A stretch of 64,000 bases of DNA from Octopus vulgaris (GCA_951406725.2 OX597819.1:372001-436000); one strand, 5' to 3'; counted from the stretch's first letter, positions 38,144 to 52,000 are shown. The notes: generated by a model not told the origin, from the sequence alone. A program made the numbers and translations.

Positions 38144-38882
38144 AACAGAGGTAGTGTTAATACTGAGAGGTGATATTTATCCCCACTTAAACATGGATGT
38201 TCTGTCAGAACAACTTTACTAGCTTTTGGTGCAAAATACACTCTGCTAGCGATATAAACAAGAGTGCTTTTGCACCAAAAGCCAATATGGGAGGTCCTCT
38301 TATGGTATCTACTGCAGTATAGTTTGTTCTAACATTCACATTTAAGAGGAGATAAATATTACTTTATTGTTTTTGTCGTGTTTCCTTCTGGACTATGATA
38401 TTCAGCCCTTTAAACTTTCTGTCAATCAACATCTTTTGAATTTGTAGGCACTCTTCTTTTCCTTACACTATGGTGACTTCAATTATTGTTTTGTACAAAA
38501 AAGATAAAAGAAAACCAAGAAGATGGTATTGATTATTATGTTATTGTTATCATTAATTAGTGTGTATTATATTTTAACAAGCAGTCATTTTGCCTTCCTT
38601 GAATAAGTTGATTTGATGGTAAACATTTAGAGACTCAGATCTAGTATTCTACAAATAAACATAAATTATTTATGATATTTGCAAATCTCCATCACTTTCT
38701 TTTGCTTCCCTTTTCTCATATATCTATAATATCAGAATTTTGTGTTAAATCTTACTAAACTATTTACTATATTTCTTCAATTTCAAAAGTTCCTATTAAG
38801 AAAAATAACATTTTGTTTCTGTGAACTTTTTTTTTTTTTAGGTGACAATTATTAATTATTAAAACAGTTTGAATAAGAACAT

Positions 38883-38941
38883 GCGGTGCCCCAGCATGGC
38901 CACAGCTCATGAGCTGAAACTAGAATCAATCAATCAATCAA
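38883..38941 (+). mobile_element. ~60-bp extreme 3' end of the CR1-group LINE
   Basis: GCGGTGCCCCAGCATGGCCACAGCTCATGAGCTGAAACTAG(AATC)n, reverse complement of 20775-20832; possible ATGCG TSD. Confidence 0.85.
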
Positions 38942-39352
38942 TGCGATCATTCTTGTTTGTTTCAGTTGGTTCTGTGCTGTGCAACTATTGAAGGCACTTG
39001 GTGCTGCATTGATGTTTTTTTTCTTTCTCCCATTGTTTGTATTTTTTTTTGTTTTCATTTGTAAAATACATTCCCACATTAGTTAATTATGATCTTCTTC
39101 ATCTAAAGTTCCTTAATTAGCTTTTATTTTTGTGTAAAATTTAATAAACTATTTTCAGATTTCATGATTTTAGCTTTTTTTTATTTTCATTGTATTATTT
39201 ACTGTTAAAATGTTGGCTAACATGCTGGGCTGTCTTGTACGGATGAATATATATTTAAAAAGGATTTGATTTTCTGTGACACTAAAAATTGCTTATCATC
39301 ATTTGGGAATTGACCTGTGGGTATCTTTCCAAACCATGAATCAAAATCCTGA

Positions 39353-40041
39353 TGTGGGACAGGGATTCCACGACTGTTAATGAATGTGGGACACATGATG
39401 GTAAGAGATGCTTCTGTTCATGCCTGACACAACTCCAAGTTATGATTGATAGACGGTTATTGTATTTGTACAGTCACCGGAAGTAACTTGCACGGACACC
39501 GGAAATACATCTGCCATCACCAGAGAAAACAAAGCAACTACCCCCAGCGACTTGCCTGGCCTTTCATTGGACAAAAGCTACCTACCTGCCATTCTATTGG
39601 ACACTGGCTAAACATCACTGCTGATATTTTTGTATAAATAGACATCATAAATCGCTGTAAAGGCAGTTGGCTTTTTGGCACTCAACCGATGTAAATCATG
39701 TCCCTCTCGCCTGCCACGCTCGCCACTCACGCCGCCTCGAACCTTTGTACTGCTATTTCCCGCCTGAAATAAATCGCTGTATAAACTTACACCTCTTGTC
39801 TGCTCGTCCTTTCAACTACTGCTTTCGTCTGTCCAGTTTTGCTGATTACGACCACAGTCCTTTTCAGTCTGATCTGAATGCGATAACAGTCCTTTTTAGG
39901 ACTACTCTCAGATCCGATCTAATTACAATAACAGTCCTTTTTAGGACTATTCTTGGATCAGATCTAATTGCGATAACCGTCCTTTTAAGGGCCACCCTCA
40001 GATCAGACCAGAAGTAGTGGCCAAGAATCATACCCGCTACA
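39353..40041 (+). mobile_element. Probable solo LTR with internal 45-bp tandem repeats
   Basis: GC-richer island, TG...TACA ends, TATAAA at 39632 and AATAAA near 39768; no clear TSD and left end uncertain. Confidence 0.45.
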
Positions 40042-40429
40042 TATTTTTATCGTTTTTGTGTCTTTTTCTACATTATCATGAAAACTATTCAGATAGTTTA
40101 CATTATTGGTGGTTTATTTCACAATATCATAACATCTGATCTAAACTGAAATAGATTTGGGATTTATATTTGCTAAAAGGCACTTTGAGTTAATTCATAG
40201 TATGTGTGCAGAATATGTAGTCCCTGCAGCAGAATGTAAACCTTTATCATATGGAACCATGAGTTCAGGGTCTTCTTTAATGTAAGACATAAAAAAAACA
40301 TGATTTTGAAGATGATAGATATTAATCACCTTCTAAATTATTTAGAGAAGGTAAGGTAGGGTTTTTTTTCAAGATCTTTGTGACAGGTGGAAGAAGGAGA
40401 AAATTACCCTCACACTGAGGCATTAATTA

Positions 40430-40660
40430 AGTGACGGCAGAATGTAAACTCTACTTCAGCTACTCTAAGGATCAGGTGGTGCTGCTAAACTTGTGACAAC
40501 AGAGTGGACTCCACTAGAGGTATCTTGAGGGACAGGTGTTAAACTAGGTAACTGAGTGAATTCTACTGAAGGTACCCTGAGGATTAGTTTAAAACTGGGT
40601 GGCAACACAGTGGACTCTACTAGAGGTACCTTGAAGGCCAGGTGGTGCTAATAAATTGGT
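40430..40660. repeat. Degenerate ~55-62-bp tandem repeat (4 units)
   Basis: Recurring GAGTGGACTC.ACTAGAGGTA.CTTGA.G..CAGGTG..CTAAA. Confidence 0.7.
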
Positions 40661-42711
40661 TGATGGATCAAGTCATCTGAAAACAAATACTCTCTATCCA
40701 GTGAGTTTCCACACAATTTCTGTTTGATCAATTTCACTAATAAAGCTTTAATCAATGCAAGACTTTCATAGTTTCTGTTTCTGTTTCATAGAAATAATCT
40801 TGCTGGTTGTATTATGATATATTCTCAAACATTTCACATTTTATTTCTTAGCCTGTGGATGTTTCTGTATTTGGTTTATCTTTCACAGCATTAGGGTGAA
40901 TAAGCTACAATAACCAGTTTAATCAATGATCCAATCTTATTAAGATAAATGATGTAAGGATGATAATAGGTGCTTATGTCAAAAGAAAAAGAAGAAAATA
41001 ACTTCTATAAACTCCTGATCTTTTCTGACATATCTACAATCTTTTTAAAATTGGAATATTGCAATAATTAGCTGTCAGTGACTCACACACAACTTATTTT
41101 TACCCAAGGTATATTGAATTAGTAGTCCCAATTAGTAGATCCACAATATTGTCAACACAAACTATATCATGCCATTTCCTATACATGCAATACAGAAACA
41201 CCAACCTTCAACTAGATGTGTATAATTATACACAACAAAACTCTAAGATAGTATGGTTTCCTTGTTGAGATTTTAAAAAACTGTGATGTTTGGATTTACA
41301 AACAGATCGTGTGTGAATGTGTCAGTGAGAAGACCAAACAAAGGCAGCTGCAACTATCTGGCCACTGCATGAACCACCCTGAACTGGAAGCATCCAAATT
41401 AGTCACATGGAACCCACTTCATGGTGATGTAAGATGAGGAAAACATTGTCACACTTACTTTGAAAACTTAATTGCAAACACTGGCCTGGAATGAATCCAG
41501 GACCTTAAGTCAGTGACGTTGGACTGGGAGGTGTGGTGAGTGGACCATGTTGCTGTGGCTCAGGTTAGAACCCAGCCATAATAAAAAAATGTGTGCATGT
41601 GTATGTATACACACATATGCATACAAGGTGCAAGGAATCAATAATCTCTGTGGTGTCATAATTTTGGCTTTGAGTGTTGGTATTATCTTGTCTATAATTT
41701 TTTTACTTGGGAAGGATCTTTATCCTTTATCCAAATCCTATGAGATTAAGACTGTGAGGTAGATTACATCAAGATTTAAATACCTATTCACCATGCCATC
41801 GTTTTGGTTGGCATAGTTAAAATGGAAAGCTATCCACCACTCTATCATATGAAAGAGTTAGTCTTCCCTATGAGCAACTTCGTTTGGAATATCCTTCATG
41901 AAAAACAGCCAAGCGGAATTTCTCTATCCAGAAGGTAATCATCCAAGAGATGAACAATAATAGAGGGGTGATACAGTATATGAAAGAGGATTTGGTTACC
42001 TCATTCAGTATTGATGCCTGACCATCTCCATATTTTTACTTGTTATTACTCTGTAATTGCCAAAAATATTTCCTGGATTTTCAATAATTTGTGTGAATCA
42101 TTTTCTCCTACTGAAGCATCGTTCCCTTCCACACTCATGTACATCCTATTAGCAGTATATACATGAGATTGACTGAGGTAACTATCTGCATTTCACATAT
42201 ACCTTTTCATACACCCTTCCCCCCACACACACATGTATTTAAGGGTATCCTGAAAGGCCTCGTTGGAGGCCCAACCTTCCAGCTTCTTTTACAGGGCTTA
42301 GAAAAACTGAAGGACCACTTTCATAGTTTCTGTTTCTGTTTCATAGAAATAATCTTGCTGGTTGTATTATGATATATTCTCAAACATTTCACATTTTATT
42401 TCTTAGCCTGCAGTTTGTGGATGTTTCTGTATTTGGTACATGAGTGTGGAAGGGAACAATGCTTCAGTAGGAGAAAATGATTCACACAAATTATTGAAAC
42501 TCCAGGAAATATTTTTGGCAATTACAGAGTAATAACAAGTAAAAATATGGAGATGGTCAGGCATCAATACTGAATGAGGTAACCAACTGACTTTCACAAA
42601 TCCTCTTTCATATACTGTATCACCCCTCTATTATTGTTCATAATTTTGTGTGAATTTGAGAAGAGGAATATATTGAATAAAATTATAATTAACTAATCCT
42701 CCTGTGTTTTC

Positions 42712-43037
42712 AGGATGGCCTGCTGTGTTAACCTTGGATCGTAGGGTGACCCGCTGTGAGACCTATTGAGGAGACCTATTGAGTCAAGTACATCAACATT
42801 AACATCAAAATGAAAATCAAATGGAAACTGTAGTTGTGATACCTGTGCTGGTGGCACGTAAAAAGCACCCACTACACTCACGGAGTGGTTGGTTAGGGTT
42901 AGGGTTAGGGTTAGGGTTAGGGTAGAAACTCTGCCAGATCAGACTGGAGCCTGGCACAGCCTCCTGGCTTCCCAGACCCAGGTTGAACCGTCCAACCCAT
43001 GCTAGCATGGAAAACAGATGTTAAACAATGATGATGA
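42712..43037 (+). mobile_element. RTE-type 3' tail element containing an interstitial (TTAGGG)5
   Basis: Homologous to 4340-4529; telomere repeats at 42893-42922 replace the usual GCGTTAGGAAGGGCATCCAGCT. Confidence 0.85.
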
Positions 43038-43070
43038 TAATATATATATATATATCTACATACATATATA

Positions 43071-46002
43071 TTTTGGCCTGCCCGCCCAGCCAGTGGGATG
43101 GCGTCATCTTATGGCTAAAACAGCACGAAGAACGAAGAGAAAAGGAAAAGGGCCTCAGTACCCTGCACGTCAATCGGGCCACTCCATGACGGCGGAGTGC
43201 AACTCGAATGACGAGAGGCTGCTAAGAATCACAGGTTCCTGAAAGCCGTCATGGAACAGGACTAAACTTGCCATATGCACCTACAACTGCAGGTCTATGG
43301 CAGGGTGGCAAGAACTGAACCACCTAATGGAGGAGAGGAAGAAGATCAGGTGCGACGTGTTAGGGCTGTGCGAGACACTCTGGAAGAAGGAAGCGAGTAT
43401 ACGATGGCAAGATGGATGCACTGTGAGATTAGGAAGAGCGGAAGGTGTTAGATCGGTCGGAGGTATCGGATTCATCGTAAGTAAGGAATGGGCTTCGAGG
43501 GTCGCTTCATGCCACTTCATATCATCACGGATTGGTGTACTAAATGTGAACCGCTCAGGGAAGGCCACCCTCAAGATTGTCCAGACCTATGCTCCCACAA
43601 GTGCCAGCGACGACGACGAGGTGGAAGAATTCTATCGACAACTAGACAAAGGGCAGGCTATGAAGTCCACTTACACTGTCGTGATGGGAGACTTCAACGC
43701 AAAGGTTGGACATGGACGACAAGGAGAGGAGTACGTCGGGAGATTTGGCATGGGAGAGAGAAACGAGAGAGGGGAACGTTTGGCTACCATGGCAGAGGCG
43801 AGGCAGCTCTACATCGGAAACAGCCTATTCAGGAAGAGATGGACATGGATATCGCCGAACTCTAAGCACCGAAGCGAGATCGACTACATCCTGGTTGATA
43901 AGCGACGCATATTGCATGACGTCTCCGTCGTGATGCCATTCAACACCGGCAGCAATCATCGTCTGGTAAGGGCGAGGGTCGTCATCGACGAGAAGAGGGA
44001 GAAGATGGCGTTATATTTGGCGTCGAAGGGAAAACGTGTCCCATCTACAACGAGGCAAAGCTGCAGGAAGACTGGTGCCAAGGAGACGACATAGACAATG
44101 ACTACAACTCACTGATAGAGAAACTGAAGGAGTGTTTAAGGAAGGCTAAGGGAGTATGTCTAAGAGAAAAGAAGGGAAGAATCTCGGAAGAAACTACGAA
44201 GTTACTCAAGAAGAGGAAAAATATGAAGAGGACTATTGAAGATCACCTTGAATATTCCATTCTCAGCAGAGTGATTCGTGAGCAACTAAAGAAAGACTTT
44301 GAGGCATACTGGATGGAGAAGCTCTTGAAGGCCGCAGGGGAAAAAAAGAGCCTCAAGAAATGCAAGAGGGACATGGTACTATATAGATCGGAGGTGACGG
44401 CCCTGAAAAATACAGATGGAATACCGGTCAACGAGAAGAGCGAGATGGAAAAAGTTTGTGAAGACTTCTACACCAAGCTCTTTAAGTCTACCAGAAATGT
44501 CCAGCCGTTACCACCACTCCAACAGGAAGAAAACGTGCCACCTATCCTTGTCAGTGAGGTTGAAAGAGCCATTGGCTCGATGAAAAACGGTATAACATCA
44601 GAGGTGCTAAAGTCAGGCAGAGAGCAGCTCTGGAAAATCCTCACTGAGCGATTTACGCACTATCTAGACGAGGGAAGAATTCCCTCGCAGTGGAAAGAGT
44701 CAAATACCATCCTGCTGTATAAGAAGGGCGACAGAGAAGATCTAAAGAACTACCGACCCATATGCCTGCTGTCTCACGAAGATAATTCTGAACAGGTTGT
44801 CACGTCGTCTCGACGAACAACAACCGAGGGAGCAAGCAGGCTTCCGGAAGAACTACAGCACAATGGACCATATATTTGCTCTAACGCAACTGCTTGAGCA
44901 AGCAAATGAGTACAAGCTGCCTCTTTGCGTTGCGTTTGTAGACTATGAGAAAGCCTTTGATAGCGTCGAAAACCAACGCAGTGCTGAACTCGCTGCAGAG
45001 ACAAGGAATCGAAGCGCAATATGTGCAGCTGCTCAGAGAGGCAAATTCCGGATGCACCACCGACATAGCTCTACTGTCATCACCCATATGAGTGCCGGTC
45101 GAGAAGGGAGTGAAGCAAGGAGATTCAATCTCCCCAAAACTTTTCACTGCATGTCTCGAACAGATCGTCAGAGGCATCGAATGGCAAGGTGGTATCAACA
45201 TCAATGGCGAGCTCCTCACTCACCTGTTTCGCTGACGACATCGTACTCATCGCTGAAAACATGGATCAGCTTCAGACCATGCTGACGGAGCTCGACATCA
45301 AAAGTTCTGCAGTCGGTCTCAAGATGAACCGCATGAAAACAAAGTTCATGCGGTCAGACAATGTACCAACAGGTCGAATGGTGATCGGCAGTGATGAAAT
45401 AGAGGAGGTGAGAGAATATGTCTACCTGGGACAGGAAGCAAATATGTGCCGGGATATCAAAAAGGAGATCTCACGGAGAGTAAGGGCCGGATGGAAGGCG
45501 TTCAATGGCATAAGGGATGTGCTCAAGGGAAGGTTGGACAGGACCACCCGCGCCAACCTCATTAACAGTGCAGTTCTGCCTGCAATGTTATATGGTAGTG
45601 AAACATGGGCTACCACAAAGAGAGAAGAGCAAAGACCGGTAACAGTTCAAAGAGCCATGGAAAGGTCAACGAGATCATTGACAGAGTACATCTGTAGCGA
45701 GATCATCAAAAAGAAGTCCGGCGTGAGAGATGTCATCGCAGAGTATACTCGCAGCAAGTATAGATGGGCTGGACACGTCGCCCGGCTCACCGATAATCGG
45801 TGGAGGCACGCAGTTGTCGATTGGTACCCGCGTGAGCGGAAAAGACCACCCGGAAGACCTCCACGACGGTGGAGTTACGATTTCAGGAGGACGATTGGGA
45901 TCACGTGGATGAGAAAGGCGCGAACTAGAGAGGAGTGGACAGCCTGCTGTGACCAGCAGTGTCAAATGGACGCCTGACGGACTGGTCAGTCAAAGTGAAG
46001 TG
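43071..46002 (+). mobile_element. Near full-length RTE-clade LINE of a second lineage (RTE-1/BovB-like), frameshifted
   Basis: APE motifs (ICTYNCR, LGLCET, YAPTS, GDFNAKVG, IDYILV, SNHRLV) and RT motifs (NYRPICL, QAGFR, DYEKAFD, FADD, YGSETW, WAGHV); 9-bp TSD ACATATATA (43062-43070 and 46003-46011). Confidence 0.93.
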
Positions 46003-46017
46003 ACATATATACTTATA

Positions 46018-46224
46018 TGAGGGAGTGCTGAAAAGTTCCTGTATTTAAGGGTATCCTGAAAGACCTGGTTTGAGGCCCAACCTTCCAGCTCCCTTTACAA
46101 GGCTTAGAAAAACTGAAGGACCACTGTGAATTTGAGAAGAGGAATATATTGAATAAAATTATAATTAACTAATCCTCCTGTGTTTTCTTTTACTCAAAGC
46201 CAGGAACATTTCAGCATCCCCTCA
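46018..46224. mobile_element. mariner-derived MITE
   Basis: TA|TGAGGGAGTGCTGAAAAGTTCCTG ... CAGGAACATTTCAGCATCCCCTCA|TA. Confidence 0.8.
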
Positions 46225-46679
46225 TATGTATATATCAGAGAAAATGAGAGATAGAAAAAGTGTGAGAGGCAGTTTGGTGCACCCTAACCCTAACCCTAAC
46301 TTTAAATCTTGTAAGTTTCTGAAAAATATATATTCATTTATGAAATTTTGCAGAGATAGATTTTCAACAGAAAAGATTGGGCTTATGTTGACCAAATTTA
46401 TAAAAATGTACATATTTTTTGCAAATATACAAATGAGAAATTTATTTTATTTAATTTTATTTCAAAGTAATGAATATATTTCATTTGAAGATTAGTACTC
46501 GTTTCATCATTTCATATAAGCACCAGAAATTTGACACAAGTCACATCATAATTTTTGTATGTGTCTTATATTTCTTTATGTTATACCTGGTGGTTATAAT
46601 ATATTTCAAAGGTTACCTGTCACATGATGGGTAATACTCTATACTTGTATTTACATGTATATACATACACACACACATT

Positions 46680-46729
<50 letters not shown>

Positions 46730-47007
46730 TACATATATATACATACATATACATATATGGATGAGGTTGTAGGTGCGGGCATGGCTGTGTGGTTAGGGAG
46801 CTTGCTTCCTAGCTATATGGTTTCAGGTTCAGTCCCACTGCGTGGCACTTTGGGTAGGTGTCTTCTGCTGTAGCCCCGAACCGACCGGAGCTTTGTGATT
46901 GAATTCGGTAGGCAGAAGTTACTGCCGTGTGTGTATGTGTGCGTATAGCTGCTCAGTGCCTCTCCGAAAAGAGAGAGAGAGGGTATGTATCTAGTATTAT
47001 TTATTTA

Positions 47008-47315
47008 TTTATGCACCCTTTTCAAGCCTAGCCAGGCTCATGGGCCCTGTTTCCCGGTTTCTATGGCGTATGTATTCCCCCCAGCTGGACGCGACGCCAG
47101 TCCATCGCAGCATTACTCAAGAAACAGGAATAAAAAGTGAGAGAAAGTTGGGGCAAAAGAGTACAACAGGGGTGGCTCCCCATCCCTTGCTGGAGCCTCA
47201 TGGAGCTTTAGGTGTTTTCACTCAATAAACACACACAACACCCAGTTTGGGAATCGAAACCGCGATCCTCTGACCGCGAGTCTGCTGCCCTAACCACTGG
47301 GCCAGTGCACCTCCA
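47008..47315 (-). mobile_element. tRNA-derived SINE (family 4)
   Basis: Minus strand GGAGGTGCACTGGCCCAGTGGTTAGGGCAGCAGACTCGCGGTC..GGTTTCGATTCC; (AAAT)n tail. Confidence 0.8.
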
Positions 47316-47425
47316 TATCTAGTATACATATACATATATATATATACATACACATGTACATATATATATTTATATAAACATTTATATATATATACATATA
47401 AAATTATATATATAACTATATACAT

Positions 47426-47495
<70 letters not shown>

Positions 47496-48255
47496 ACATG
47501 TATGTATATACATATGGACACAGGTGCACTATATTGGAAAATTATTATTTCAACTGAAATAGCAAAAGGTTTAACCGATGCATAGCCTATGTGTGTATAT
47601 GTATACATATTTATATCTATATGTGTGTGTGTTGGTGTGTGTCAAAAGTATAAAGTAACCAATTAGATTAATGTCAAATTGTTTTTAATATAACTGAACA
47701 CTGATATATATACATATATATTTGAAGAAATATTTTCTTAAAATTTATCAACTCTTTAAAATATATTAGAAAAACACGTGTGTTTGAGAAATTCAAAAAT
47801 AAAAGTGCTTACACACAATATGAAAACTTCCTTCAAAAGGGTTTGTGTCATGTTTTTAAACATTTTCTTAATAATTAATAATCATTAGTTAAAATATTTC
47901 TTCAAATATTGTGACTGTATAAAGTAATTTTTGCAAAACCTTTTAAATATATATACATATACATAAACATTTAAAACAGCTTTCAGCTCTGTGCATTTTA
48001 AAATTTTATGCGCCTCTAACAGAAGCCCATCTCTTTCAGGCTTTAGATTACTAAATGAAAAGATACATGAAGTCCAAGATGGCTACTGGAAATAGGCTGC
48101 TATTGGCCAAGGCAGGCTACATGGTGCTTTCAGGGTAATATCTGTTGTTCAGCAATGGAAGTTCCTTTAGAAAGGGGGATTTCTTTGACTGCATGGCTGG
48201 GCAGGAAGCTGGTGGTGTCTAGATGTCTGGGTGCAGATTGTGTGTGTGTGTGTGT

Positions 48256-48517
48256 GTATTAAAAATGGGGAAGGTTGGTTTATGGGGTTACCATAGGTTT
48301 CCCGCCTGTAAAGGGTTTAGCTTTATGGCGTATCATCAGATCCCAAAAACCTATTGGCCCAAGACACAGGATAGTTATATTCTTAGTGGAGTAGCTGAAA
48401 AGAGATTTTTAAGAGGTCTTGGGCCAACAGGTTTTTGGGATATGCCATAAAGCTAAACCGTTTATGGTCAGGAAACCTAAGGTAATCCCATAAACCGGCC
48501 TACCCCATTTTTAATAT
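48256..48517. repeat. Imperfect inverted repeat (~105-bp arms)
   Basis: ATTAAAAATGGGG..TTTAGCTTTATGGC..ATCCCAAAAACCT.TTGGCCCAAGAC is mirrored on the right; adjacent 48519-48549 is reverse-similar to 26625-26655. Confidence 0.8.
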
Positions 48518-48634
48518 ATACTGCTCTATATCTTAGAGTGTGCTTCTTCATTCGGATTTATGTTTTCTACAAATGATATATATATATATATATATATACA
48601 CCCAGTGCAATCAATATGATTGGTGTTAAGAAGA

Positions 48635-48673
<39 letters not shown>

Positions 48674-48736
48674 TATATATGATAGATCGTTAACTCCTAC
48701 ACGCATTTTTTTCTCTCCTTGTTTTTTTTCTGTGTA

Positions 48737-48774
48737 TCTTTTTGTCGAAGAGCGTAGGCTCAAAACGTAAAAGA
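48737..48774 (+). ncRNA. Degenerate minimal hammerhead in a short TA-flanked element (48680-48875)
   Basis: TCTTT-TTGTCGA-A-GAGC GTAG GCTC-AAAA-CG-TA-AAAGA: all stems and spacing fit, but three core positions differ. Confidence 0.45.
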
Positions 48775-48899
48775 CTTGTTCTATTTCTATTCCTGAGTGC
48801 CATACTAATACATTTGTTTGTTTGTACTCCACCTGCCTTTGTCTGTTGTTTATTTTTGTAAACCTTCCCGTTATATATATATATATGTACATATACATC

Positions 48900-50529
48900 C
48901 TTCCCACTGCTGTCATTCGTGAAACAACCTACGACACTCAAGCGCTTTCAAAGTACATTGTTGAAAATGAGCCTAAATTACTTCTGGACCAGCTGCAGGC
49001 TTACAGAACTATTCTTAACAGTGTACGCCAACGCGAGGGATGAATCTTCTTCCTCGATGCTCCTGGAGGGACAGGAAAAACATTTATTACAAAGCTTCTC
49101 TTGCAGAAGTTAGGTAGCATCAGGACATTGCAGTAGCTGTAGCCTCCTCTGGCATTGCAGCTACTTTGTTACCCGGTGGAAGGACAGCACACTCAACTTT
49201 TAAACTCCCTCTCAATTTAGCAGCATCCGAAATGCCTTCATGCAACATCAACAAAAGCTCAGATCAGGGACAAGTACTTAAAATGTGTTATGTAATTGTC
49301 TGGGATGAGTGCACTATGGCTCACAAGGGAGCTTTGGAAGCATTAGATAAGAGCCCTGAAAGACATCCGAGACTGTCAGGCTCCAATAGGAGGTGTAACG
49401 CTTCTGTTGTCAGGTGATTTCAGGCAAACTCTTCCTGTCATTCAGAAAGGCACTAGAGCTGACGAAGTTCAAGCATGCCTAAAGTCCTCTACCTTGTGGC
49501 ATCATGTTACAATCTTTAGTCTCATCACTAACATGAGAGCTCAGCTACATGGCGACAAAATGTCCACAAAGTTTGCACAGGACATTTTGACACTTGGTGA
49601 AGGCAAGATGCTTCTCGATGCTGCAGGACAAATGGAAGTGTGGTCATTTTCCTCTGTTGTTAATTCTGTAGATTACCTCAAAAACAAAGTCTTTTCCAAC
49701 TTCACACAAAACTACCAAAATCACAATTGGCTGTGTGAAAGAGCAATATTAGCTCCAAAAAACGTTGCTGTTAACAAAATTAATCAACAGCTAATGCATT
49801 CTCTTCCCGGCACTATACACACTTACAAGTCTGTTCATACAATTCCAGATATAAATGAAGTTGTGAACTATCCTCCTGAATTTCTCAATTCACTGGAGCC
49901 TCCTCGACTACCTCCACACATATTAGCACTTAAAGTTGGAACTCCTGTAATGCTACTCCGCAATCTGGAACCACCAAGACTTTGCAATGGAACACGACTG
50001 GTGATAAAGAAAATGATATCACACGTTATCGAGGCGATCATTCTTTCTGGATGTGGAAAAGGTGATGACGTCTTTATTCCAAGATTTCCTCTTACTCCAT
50101 CAGGAGCAGAAATTCCATTTACATTCAGAAGACTGCAATTCCCCCTTCGTGTCAGCTTTGCCATGTCCATTAACAAATCTCTGGGTCAAACCCTCTCTGT
50201 AGCTGGTCTTCTCTTGGAAGAGCCCTGCTTCTTGCATGGGCAACTGTATGTTGGCTGCTCAAGAGTAGGAACCAAAAGAAACCTTTTTGTATTTGCTCCA
50301 CAAGGAAAAACAAGGAACATTGTTTACAACGAGGTGTTATAATCTCAACAGCCAGGAGGTATATACATGATCCCCTTTTTTTTAACAAACTTCATGTACT
50401 TTCATGTATTTATATTAATATACATATATTTGTGTGTGTGTGTGTGTGTGTGTATCCATATATATATATAACAGAAAAGTCTAATTCTTCTATTGAATGT
50501 AACCGGGCAACGCCGGGTATCTCTGCTAG
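48900..50529 (+). mobile_element. Helitron 3' fragment with PIF1-family helicase pseudogene
   Basis: FLDAPGGTGKTF, GGRTAHS, WDECTM, GDFRQTLPV, LCNGTR, QFPLRVSFAMSINKS.GQT and HGQLYVG.SR; stops and frameshifts; 3' hairpin CCGGGCAACGCCGGG then CTAG|T (50526-50530). Confidence 0.92.
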
Positions 50530-51479
50530 TATATATATATATATATATAAACATACGCACATATATATGAGATGTGTGGATACAGATGTGTTATTGACTG
50601 TATGGGCATGCACGCGTGTGTGTGTGTGTGCATATATGTATGCATGTCAGTATATGTATGCACATATATACGTGTGTATATATGTAAACATACATATATA
50701 TGTGTGTGTATGTGTGGGTGTATCATCATCTTCATCTTTTATGCCTGCTTTCTATATTGTAATGGGTTGGATGTTTGAGCAGGATCAGAGGATCAACCAT
50801 ATCTTGCTCTAATGTCTCAGTTTTGGATTGGTTTCTAAAGCTCTTCTGAACACCGATCACATTGACTGCACTGGGTGTATTAGTCATGGCAAGGACACTA
50901 GTAATGTTGGCCTGCAACTTGCAAGACCTTCTTTGATATAAATAGAGAATAGGACACAGAGTGGTCATTTTATGAGACGTGTTGAAAAGTATGATGGGAG
51001 GAGCAGTAATAGGTTTGTTATTGTTGGGGAGATTCCTGGCTACCTTGCACTTTACATGGATGGATGAGGTTGGATGGAGCTGTACCTGAAAAAAGGGAAG
51101 TATGTATGTGACAAGGTGCCAGAATGTATCCTCGTTAAGTTAACATGTCCGAAGAGGTGAATAGAAAAGAGCATGAGTATAGAAAAATCAGGGAGGATGG
51201 GTAAGGTTGCAAGAGTGTGAAAGGAGAGTGGGCGAAGGATATAAACGTTGGGTGGGTGTGATTAGCTGTACATAACAGATGAATGTAGAGAATATTGAAC
51301 AGGGGTTGGTTGGCTTTAATTATAAGCTGGGGTGATGATGATAAGAATGAAGAACAGAGGGAGTAGTGACTGGCAGTATAAAAATGGCAGTAATTTTGGT
51401 ATGTAATAAGTTTCTGCTGACATTACTCACAACAGCAGAATAATGAAGTAATATTGTGTGCATATAAATACATATTACT

Positions 51480-52000
<521 letters not shown>

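Noticed and set aside
49407-50342. Host PIF1 gene
   Set aside because: Intronless, with upstream stops and frameshifts, and followed by a Helitron hairpin and CTAG end.
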